A stretch of DNA of 64,000 nucleotides from Oscillospiraceae bacterium (GTDB lineage: Bacteria > Bacillota > Clostridia > Oscillospirales > CAG-272), in contig SVQN01000002.1 in the NCBI GenBank assembly GCA_015065295.1, forward strand, positions 37,465-101,464, read 5' to 3'. The position numbers were made by a program, and so were the translations under genes. The notes under the pieces were generated by a model, which worked only from the letters and a program-made list of their open reading frames with translations, was not told where the DNA came from and ran no database searches. Below are positions 49,352 to 57,254 of this stretch, in pieces; the stretch's first letter is position 1; the number at the start of each line of letters is the position of its first letter.

Positions 49352-50473
49352 TCACATGAAGAAGCTCAGAATCAGACCGCCCGCGATAACGGATGCGATC
49401 TGTCCGGATACGTTGACGCCGATGGAGTGCATGAGAAGGAAGTTCTGCGGGTCTTCCTTCAGACCCATCTTGTGAACGATACGGCCGGACATCGGGAACG
49501 CGGAAATCCCTGCGGCACCGATCATCGGGTTGATCTTCTTCTTGAGGAACAGGTTCAGGAGCTTCGCAAAGAGAACGCCGCCTGCCGTATCAAATACGAA
49601 TGCGAACAGACCGAGACCGAGAATGAGGATCGTTTCAAAGTTGAGGAACTGTTCCGCATTCATCTGGGACGCGATGGTGATGCCGAGGAAAATGGTGATG
49701 AGGTTTGCGAGAACCTTCTGCGCGGTTTCGGACAGAGAGTTCAGCACGCCGCATTCACGGATCAGGTTACCGAACATCAGGAAGCCGACGAGGGCGACGG
49801 ATGCCGGTGCCACAAGACCTGCAATGATCGTGATAACGATCGGGAACAGAATCTTCGTGGTCTGAGAAACGCTCTTGCCGGAGTATTCCATGCGGATCAT
49901 ACGTTCCTTCTTGGTGGTCAGGAGACGGATAACCGGCGGCTGGATGATCGGCACGAGAGCCATATACGAGTACGCCGCCACCATGATCGGAGCGAGGTAC
50001 TTGGAATTGAGCTTGTTTGCAACGACGATCGCGGTCGGGCCGTCTGCCGCACCGATGATCGCAATGGATGCCGCGTCGTTGATGTCAAAGAACATAGACG
50101 CAAGGCAGAGAGTGAAGAAAATACCGAACTGTGCCGCCGCACCGAAGATCATGAGCTTCGGATTGGAAAGCAGGGGTCCGAAGTCGATCATCGCGCCGAT
50201 CCCGATAAACAGGATAAGCGGGAAGAGTTCGTTCGAGATACCGGCATTGAACAGGGTCGTCAGCGCACCGTGTTCCACTTCGCCGCTGGCGAGAATCTGG
50301 TCGATCGCACCGGAGTTCGGGAGGTTGACAAGAATGGTACCGAAGCCGATCGGGAGGAGCAGGGTGGGTTCCATATCCTTCTTGATGGCAAGGTAGATGA
50401 GGATTCCCCCGATGATCCACATGATGACATAGCGGATATCCATCTGGAGGATGTTTTCGTAAAGAATCTGCAC
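49352..50473 (-). CDS. Sodium-translocating decarboxylase beta subunit (OadB/GcdB/MmdB)
   Basis: EPTLLLPIGFG, GAMIDFGP, IIGAADGPT, AAYSYMALVPIIQP, INPMIGAAG; GTG start 50473. Confidence 0.93.
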   Translation of the reverse strand: MQILYENILQMDIRYVIMWIIGGILIYLAIKKDMEPTLLLPIGFGTILVNLPNSGAIDQILASGEVEHGALTTLFNAGISNELFPLILFIGIGAMIDFGPLLSNPKLMIFGAAAQFGIFFTLCLASMFFDINDAASIAIIGAADGPTAIVVANKLNSKYLAPIMVAAYSYMALVPIIQPPVIRLLTTKKERMIRMEYSGKSVSQTTKILFPIVITIIAGLVAPASVALVGFLMFGNLIRECGVLNSLSETAQKVLANLITIFLGITIASQMNAEQFLNFETILILGLGLFAFVFDTAGGVLFAKLLNLFLKKKINPMIGAAGISAFPMSGRIVHKMGLKEDPQNFLLMHSIGVNVSGQIASVIAGGLILSFFM

Positions 50474-50616
50474 GATGGGTTCCTTTCCTGAAAGAGGGGT
50501 TATAATTATATGAAGTAATTCTACTACTTTTCCTCCCAAAAGTCAAGCCTTTGGGGAAGGAAACCGAAAGTTTGTGGGATAAAGCACAATTTGCGGTTTT
50601 CTCCGTAAAAAATCCT

Positions 50617-52875
50617 CTATTTCACCAGATCATGCGCCATTTTCAGGTCTTCGCGGCAGCGGTTCCGCATTTCTGCCGCACGTTCCGCGAGCGACCGGCC
50701 GATCGCGTCACGGTTTTCCATGATCCGCTCCACACAGGCGAACGTTTCCGCGTGGATGTCCGCCGACGCGCCGAGTTCCACGACGAACGGCTGTCCGAGT
50801 GCCTTCATCATCGACGATACCTTCGGGTCGTATGCCAGTCCGACCACCGGAACCTCCGCCGACGACGCAAAAATGATCGAATGCAGGCGCATCCCGATCA
50901 CAAACGCCGCCTTCGACAGCACGCCGATCAGTTCGGGCGCGTTTTCCGGCGTGTACAGCAATGCGGAATACGTTTCATGCCCGTTCTGCTTCATCCGCTG
51001 ATTGTACTGCTCCACAAAATATTCGCAGATTCCGCTGTCCTGCACCGTCTGCATCGGAATCACGAACGGAATCAATCCGTAGGTTTCCGTGATTTTCGCG
51101 CAGGTTTGCACCATGTCGTCTGCCACGCTCATGGGATTTTCGGCAGTCTTCTGCACCGGCAGACGGAGCGACACGGCAAAAAATCCGTCCTTCACGCCGA
51201 TGCGTTCCATCGTTTTCGCCAGCCGATGCTCGTCATACGGCCGGATCAGGAACGCCGGATCGGCCGTCACACGGATACTTTCCCGCTTCACGCCGATGCG
51301 CCGCAGCTCGTCCGCCGAATCCGCATCGCGCACGGACACTTCCGCCGCACGGTCCACCACCTTCGCGGTCAGCTTGCGGTTGGACGCATCCCGCACCGGT
51401 CCGATGCCGTTGGCATAAATATACGCTTTCACACCGGACATTTCCGCAATGCCCAGAACGCCGGCATAATATTTCAGGCTCCGGCGGCTTGTCGAATCCT
51501 GCAATAAACTTCCGCCGCCCGAAAGGAGAAGTTTCGCTCCCGCAATCGTCCGTACCGCCGCCGGACTGAACCGAGAAACACACCGCAGACCGGTTCGCTT
51601 GGCGTCCTCTTTCGGATGGCGGGTCAATGCGGCAATCTTCACGCCGGGGATTTCCTCCGCCAGTGTCGCCGCGATCACGTCGAGCAGACTTTCGTCTCCC
51701 ATGTTGCCGAAGCCGTAGTAGCCGCTGACCACCACGTCTGCCTTTCCCTTGAAGGGAACCGGTGCGGCGAGTGCGGCGCGGTACATTTTCTCGTAATCCG
51801 CCGCCATCCGGTTTGCGGTATAGTGTTCCATGACAAACGCGCGGTTGAACGCCCCCATCGCCGCGAGTTCCTCCGGCGAACGGTTCAGGCAGTCTGCAAT
51901 CCAGCCGTACAGGGTATCGCCGTCCGCAAGATCAAACCCGCGACAGCAGAAATTCGTGTCCACGGCAGGCGTGACTTTCGTTTCGTCGAAAATTCCGAGC
52001 GCTCCCTGACCGCCCGCGACGATGACCGGTTTTGCCGCTGACATAGCTTCCAGAACCGAGCGGGAAACGCCGATGAACACATCCGACGCAGCGGCGTATT
52101 CGTTGATATTCGACACGGCTCCCGTCATTGTCACCAGATTCCGACCGGCAGTTTTGTTCACGTTTTCCGCCATTTCGCGCAGGGTATCGAATTCCGTACC
52201 GCCGCCGACGACGAGGATATCCGTATCGGGGAAGTTCTCTGCAATTTTCGGCGCAATTTCAATCAGCCGGTACGCGGGATCGGCGCGGTCGGCATCAAGG
52301 CGGCTGATGTAGACGATCCGGCGGCGTTCTTTCGTCAGGCCGTGGGATGCCAGCAGACCGTCAAAGGGAATATCGGGGGAGAATTTCTGTGTGTCGATGC
52401 CGTTGATGGTGAGATAAATCTTCTCGCGCGGATAGCCGTACTCGGTGACGAGATAATCGGCGATATCGTCGGAGACCGCCATGACGCGTTCGCCCCAGCG
52501 GGAGATCCTCCGCCAGAGAGCGTTCATGGAGAAATTGAGGTGCGCGGTCGTGACGAACCGGAACTTCATCCGGTCATGCAGCAGGCCGCAGATGAACGCG
52601 GGAATGCGTGCGTGCGCGTGAACGAGATCGAACCCGCCGTCGCGGATGAGGCGTTCCAGCCCCCGGTACGCCGTCATGACCGCCGCAGGATTTTTGGTAT
52701 GCAGGGGCAGCCGGACGTGCTTCACGCCGAGCGAAACCAGCTCATCGGCATACACGCCGCCGAACGATGCCAGCGTCACGTCATGCCCGCGCCGGTTCAG
52801 CTCGCGGCACAGCTCCAGAATATGCGTCTCCGCCCCGCCGATGTTCATCGCCATCGTGACCATTAAAATTTTCAT
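50617..52875 (-). CDS. csaB: GT4 glycosyltransferase fused to polysaccharide pyruvyl transferase CsaB
   Basis: N-terminal GGAETH, HAHARIP, LEAM; C-terminal SGYYGFGNMGDE, GGGSLLQDSTS, VRD, IGMRLH, YDPKV. Confidence 0.88.
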   Translation of the reverse strand: MKILMVTMAMNIGGAETHILELCRELNRRGHDVTLASFGGVYADELVSLGVKHVRLPLHTKNPAAVMTAYRGLERLIRDGGFDLVHAHARIPAFICGLLHDRMKFRFVTTAHLNFSMNALWRRISRWGERVMAVSDDIADYLVTEYGYPREKIYLTINGIDTQKFSPDIPFDGLLASHGLTKERRRIVYISRLDADRADPAYRLIEIAPKIAENFPDTDILVVGGGTEFDTLREMAENVNKTAGRNLVTMTGAVSNINEYAAASDVFIGVSRSVLEAMSAAKPVIVAGGQGALGIFDETKVTPAVDTNFCCRGFDLADGDTLYGWIADCLNRSPEELAAMGAFNRAFVMEHYTANRMAADYEKMYRAALAAPVPFKGKADVVVSGYYGFGNMGDESLLDVIAATLAEEIPGVKIAALTRHPKEDAKRTGLRCVSRFSPAAVRTIAGAKLLLSGGGSLLQDSTSRRSLKYYAGVLGIAEMSGVKAYIYANGIGPVRDASNRKLTAKVVDRAAEVSVRDADSADELRRIGVKRESIRVTADPAFLIRPYDEHRLAKTMERIGVKDGFFAVSLRLPVQKTAENPMSVADDMVQTCAKITETYGLIPFVIPMQTVQDSGICEYFVEQYNQRMKQNGHETYSALLYTPENAPELIGVLSKAAFVIGMRLHSIIFASSAEVPVVGLAYDPKVSSMMKALGQPFVVELGASADIHAETFACVERIMENRDAIGRSLAERAAEMRNRCREDLKMAHDLVK

Positions 52876-52883
52876 AAAAAGTA

Positions 52884-52956
52884 CTTGGGGAAAACTTTTT
52901 TGAGGAGTTCACGAAGTGAATCTCCGGTTTTCCCCAAACCCCTTTCAAAAAGCTTC
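52884..52956 (-). repeat. REP-like hairpin, family A copy 8 (with nested mini-hairpin)
   Basis: TTGGGGAAAAC..GTTTTCCCCAAACCCCTTTCAAAAAGCTTC. Confidence 0.8.
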
Positions 52957-52987
52957 CATCTGGGGAATTTATTTTTGTGAGTGCAGA

Positions 52988-55003
52988 TTATTTCTTTTTA
53001 CTGGTAGTTTTGCGCGTGTCCGGGCGTTTATAATCACCTTTGGCGTGATTTCTTCCGTCCGGTTTCCGATGATCGGCGTGTTTTTCCGGAGGTTTCCGGT
53101 CGTTTTTCTGCCTGTTCTGCGGCGCACGTCCGTCTTTTTTCTTCGGTGCGTTTCCGGAATGCTGCGGACGTTCGTCGGTTTTTCCGTCGCGCGGCATACC
53201 GATCAGTTCGCGCAGATCGGCTTTTCCGGCTTCCGTACAATACTTCATCGCTTCGAAGATCATCGGGCGGTTCTGCGGCTTTCTCCACTGCAGAAGCGCA
53301 CGCTGAAGCTGCTTTTCACGGTAATCCGTCGCCGTATAGACCGGTTTTCCGGTGAACGGGTCAAGTCCCGTGTAGTACATGACCGTGGATGCGGTGCCGG
53401 GGGTGGGGTAATAGTCCTGCACCTGTTCCGGAGCGAGGCCGATTTTCTTCGTATACAGCGCAAGTCTCGCGGCATCGTCCATGGTGCTGCCGGGATGGCT
53501 CGACATCAGGTAGGGAACGAGGTACTGCTCCTTGCCGCATTCTTCGGACAGGCGCATATATTTTTCGCGGAATTTGTCGTACACATCGACCGACGGTTTG
53601 CCCATGTGGGCGAGAACGTTCGGCGCACAGTGTTCCGGCGCGACCTTGAGCTGACCGCTGACGTGGTCGCGGACGAGCTTTTTGAAAAATGCGTCGGATT
53701 TGTCCGCCATCATGTAGTCGAAACGTATACCGGAGCGGATGAAGACCTTCTTTACACCCGGAACAGCTTCGATCTGCTTCAGGAGTTCGATGTATTCGCG
53801 GTGATCGGCGCGGAGATTCGGACACGGCTTCGGGAACAGGCAGCGTTTGTTGGAGCAGACGCCGTGTTCGAGCTGTTTTTCACAGGCAGGTTCGCGGAAG
53901 TTTGCGGTCGGGCCGCCGACGTCGTGGATATAACCCTTGAAACCGTCGAGTTTTGTGATGATTTCGGCTTCCTTCACGCAGGATTCGATGCTTCTCGAAC
54001 GCACCGCGCGTCCCTGATGGAACGCAAGCGCGCAGAAATTGCATCCGCCGAAACAGCCGCGGTTGTGCGTGATGGAGAAACGCACTTCGGATATCGCGGG
54101 AACGCCGCCCATTTCCTCATACATCGGATGATACGTCCGGACGTAGGGAAGAGCATAGACCCTGTCGAGCTCCTCGCGTTCCAGCGGCGGCTGCGGAGGA
54201 TTGACGACCAGCATCCGGTCATCGTAATATTCCACGATCGCCTTGCCGCTGACCGCGTCGTTGTTCATATACTGAATGCGGAACGCATCCGCGTAGAGCT
54301 TTTTGTCGGTTTTGAGATCGTCGTAATCGTAGCCGTCGATTTCACCGTTTTCCGGTTTCACGCCGAGACGACCGGCGCAGGGGAAGTGGATATCGTCCCC
54401 CTTCCTGCCGAGATACGCCGTCCCGCGGACATCGCGGATTTTCTTCACGGGAACGCCTTTGTCCAGCAGTTCCGCCAGACGGACGACCGTACGTTCGCCC
54501 ATGCCGTACATGAGAATATCGGCGCGGCTGTCAATCAATACGGAGCGGCGCACCTTGTCCGTCCAGTAATCGTAATGCGCGAACCGGCGCAGGGAAGCCT
54601 CCAGCCCGCCGATCAGAATCGGAATATCGCCGTATGCCTCGCGGATCTTGTTGCAGTACACGATCACGGCGCGGTCGGGACGGAGTCCTGCCTTGCATCC
54701 GGGGCTGTAGTAGTCCTCGCTGCGGCGTTTTTTCGCGGCGGTATAATGCGCGACCATGGAGTCAATGTTCCCGGACGACACAAGGAACCCGAGCCGCGGC
54801 TTGCCGAATTTTTTGAAATCGTCCTGTGTCCGCCAGTCGGGCTGGCAGAGCATCGCCACGGAGAACCCGGCGGCTTCCAGTACCCGCCCGATAATCGCGG
54901 CTCCGAACGACGGATGATCCACATACGCATCCCCGTTCACATAAACAAAATCCACCTGCCCCTGCACTTCTTCCGGGGACACGGGGAGAAATTTTTCTGA
55001 CAT
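52988..55003 (-). CDS. YgiQ family radical SAM protein
   Basis: GDAYVDHPSFG, GGLEASLRR, RGCFGGCNFC, DVGGPTAN, SGQLKVAPEH, PEQVQD; start ATG 55003. Confidence 0.95.
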   Translation of the reverse strand: MSEKFLPVSPEEVQGQVDFVYVNGDAYVDHPSFGAAIIGRVLEAAGFSVAMLCQPDWRTQDDFKKFGKPRLGFLVSSGNIDSMVAHYTAAKKRRSEDYYSPGCKAGLRPDRAVIVYCNKIREAYGDIPILIGGLEASLRRFAHYDYWTDKVRRSVLIDSRADILMYGMGERTVVRLAELLDKGVPVKKIRDVRGTAYLGRKGDDIHFPCAGRLGVKPENGEIDGYDYDDLKTDKKLYADAFRIQYMNNDAVSGKAIVEYYDDRMLVVNPPQPPLEREELDRVYALPYVRTYHPMYEEMGGVPAISEVRFSITHNRGCFGGCNFCALAFHQGRAVRSRSIESCVKEAEIITKLDGFKGYIHDVGGPTANFREPACEKQLEHGVCSNKRCLFPKPCPNLRADHREYIELLKQIEAVPGVKKVFIRSGIRFDYMMADKSDAFFKKLVRDHVSGQLKVAPEHCAPNVLAHMGKPSVDVYDKFREKYMRLSEECGKEQYLVPYLMSSHPGSTMDDAARLALYTKKIGLAPEQVQDYYPTPGTASTVMYYTGLDPFTGKPVYTATDYREKQLQRALLQWRKPQNRPMIFEAMKYCTEAGKADLRELIGMPRDGKTDERPQHSGNAPKKKDGRAPQNRQKNDRKPPEKHADHRKPDGRNHAKGDYKRPDTRKTTSKKK

Positions 55004-55011
55004 AATGTTTC

Positions 55012-55336
55012 TCGGGGAGGAACTTTTTGAAAAAAGTTCCTCCCCGAACCCCTCCTCAAAAACTTTCAATCTATATACTTATGACAAAGTGCAGCTTAAA
55101 TTTATAGAAAACTAAGGCTGCACTTTTTCAGATAACTTCACATTTATTTTTCACGAAAAACTTCAGTGTTACCTCCCACTGTGCCGAGGTAACGAGGTCG
55201 CGAGCGTCTTTCTCAGAATTTGGATTACTTTACTTGCTGCACCGGAATTGCAGGTACTATATTTGTCCCTTTCCCCGCCGAAAAGTTTTTGAAAAGGGGT
55301 TTGGGGAAAAACTTTTTCCAAAAAGTTTTTCCCCAA
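55012..55336. repeat. REP doublet: family A copies 9 (55012-55067, -) and 10 (55280-55336, +) inverted around a ~210-bp spacer
   Basis: Both hairpins and their tails are read directly; the spacer halves recur at 23.3 kb and 24.6 kb. Confidence 0.82.
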
Positions 55337-55348
55337 GTCGCATCCCCC

Positions 55349-57082
55349 TCACTCAATTCCAAGCTCCTTCTCCATCCACGCCACGCGGTTGTTCAGCCAC
55401 GTTATGTAGTAGTCAACGTGTTCCGGGTAGGTCTTGAGGCGATCCACTTCGGGGAGACTGCGCCATTGCTTCGAACCGAGGAAACCTTCCCAGCGGCTGT
55501 AGTTCGCATCAATGTCTGCCTGATAGTATGCCGCCGTTTCGTACAGCATATCCGGGATTCCGTGGATGTAGTCGTATTTTTCCAGCCAGCGTTCCTTCAC
55601 CAGTTCGCGGAACTGCTTGTTTTTGATGAGCTTTATGTACCACGAATGCGGAGACGCCGCTTCCCAGCCCTTGTAGTTGGTGCCGCCGTGCTCCGATATG
55701 CCGGACGACTGGTCGTAATCCCACAGCGGACCGAGGAACAGCTTACCGCCCGGCTCCTTGTACGCGAAAAATACATAACCCATGTCTCCCGACAGAACGT
55801 ACTGCGTACAGATGAACGAATCCACGAACGACTGGATGTCCACCAGCTCGCAGAGTGTGTCAAAATCGTCCTTGCCGATCGCCTTCACAACATCGTTCAT
55901 GTATTCCTGAATGTATTTCAGGTGCTTTCCCGTCATGACACTGCCTTCCGGACTTTTCACAACAACCGAACCGACCGAAACCTCCCTGTAGTTCGACGGC
56001 CAGAAGACCTTCTGCCCATCGTTCGCGCCGCCGTTGCCGCATTCCATCAGATAACCGCATTCCTCCGGCGGGAGCGCGTTGCCCATGCCGTCGGTACCGT
56101 CACCGATTTCCACGCGGTTTTCGCCTTCCTCCACCTGCTCGACCACCAGATACAGCCCGCGGTAGTCGTCATTCAAATAAACGTGCGCGAACTGACAGTC
56201 CGTCGTGGTGGAAAGTGAGGAGAATTCCTGCGCCATTTTGTAGACCGTGTAGTTCCGGAGCATCGCCATATCGACTGTGTTTGCCAAAAGAATCCAGTCC
56301 TTTGCCCGACCCATGCCGAACAGATCGACCTTTTCGTCGAACTTCAGGCGGTACGGCTTCTTTTCATAGCCCCATGTACTGTTGCCGCGGCCGCGGATCT
56401 GTGCGTCCCGATTCCGCTCGTTCCAACCGTTTTTGTCGCTCACGACATCCACGGTGCAGTCGGTGTATACCCCCTTCTGGATGTTTGAGGTCTTCGCCGT
56501 AATGTAGATCACCGGTGCGTTCAGACCCTCCACCGCTTCTGTGGGGGTGACAAACTTCGCCCAGAGGGTCGTGTCCGCCGTAATTTTCGTCACGCCGGGC
56601 TTGTAGAGATTGATGTGCTCCGGTTCGGTGTACCAGCCCTCGAACGTCATGCCGGAACGCTTCGCCGTCGGCGCGGATTCCAGCACCTGTCCGTACTCGA
56701 CCGTATAGGTGTCTTTCCCGCTGACACGTCCGAGTTCCGTGTCAAACGTAACCGTATGAACCGAGGGAACCCAGTTTGCGTATACGGTTGTGTTTTTGTA
56801 GAGTTCTTCACCCGCATAACGATTGACAAATTCCGGTTCGGTGTACCAGCCTTCGAGGGTATAGCCCTCGTTGGGGATGTCGCCGTCCAATGGCAGGAGC
56901 GTTTTCTTTCCGCGCGGGACGATCTGCCCGGCAACCTCTTCCGCGCAGTTCGTGACGAACGTCAGGCGGGGATGTGTGAAATACCAGCCGGCATAGACGG
57001 CCAGCAGAACGATGCACGCCGCCAGAACGGCGCACCACGCTTTGTTTTCTTTGATAAAATCCAAGGCGGGAATACCTTCCAT
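55349..57082 (-). CDS. CotH kinase family protein with N-terminal TM and InlB B-repeat domains
   Basis: GYTLEGWY/GMTFEGWY repeats; RGRGNSTW, KKPYRLKF, WILLAN, YRGLYLVVE, GPLWDYD. Confidence 0.9.
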   Translation of the reverse strand: MEGIPALDFIKENKAWCAVLAACIVLLAVYAGWYFTHPRLTFVTNCAEEVAGQIVPRGKKTLLPLDGDIPNEGYTLEGWYTEPEFVNRYAGEELYKNTTVYANWVPSVHTVTFDTELGRVSGKDTYTVEYGQVLESAPTAKRSGMTFEGWYTEPEHINLYKPGVTKITADTTLWAKFVTPTEAVEGLNAPVIYITAKTSNIQKGVYTDCTVDVVSDKNGWNERNRDAQIRGRGNSTWGYEKKPYRLKFDEKVDLFGMGRAKDWILLANTVDMAMLRNYTVYKMAQEFSSLSTTTDCQFAHVYLNDDYRGLYLVVEQVEEGENRVEIGDGTDGMGNALPPEECGYLMECGNGGANDGQKVFWPSNYREVSVGSVVVKSPEGSVMTGKHLKYIQEYMNDVVKAIGKDDFDTLCELVDIQSFVDSFICTQYVLSGDMGYVFFAYKEPGGKLFLGPLWDYDQSSGISEHGGTNYKGWEAASPHSWYIKLIKNKQFRELVKERWLEKYDYIHGIPDMLYETAAYYQADIDANYSRWEGFLGSKQWRSLPEVDRLKTYPEHVDYYITWLNNRVAWMEKELGIE

Positions 57083-57173
57083 GTGATTTTTGTATATGAT
57101 TAAATTATATCATACTCCGCGGGGACTGTCAATCGGGCGAGAAGAATGTTGGAGTTTGTTCATAAAACGGACA

Positions 57174-57212
57174 AAAAAGGAACCACCCCCCGTAATCGGC
57201 CGGGGGGTGGTT
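57174..57212 (-). terminator. Terminator of the S-layer gene
   Basis: AACCACCCCCCG / CGGGGGGTGGTT stem, with a T-run on the minus strand. Confidence 0.8.
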
Positions 57213-57254
57213 TATCTTTAAGTTATAAGGGATACTTTAAAGATGAGGAATTAC

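Noticed and set aside
36810-49475. Small ORFs inside family B elements (36810, 36995, 39150, 39335, 48620, 48669)
   Set aside because: Starts, stops and frames differ between copies and there is no SD; they are by-products of the repeat
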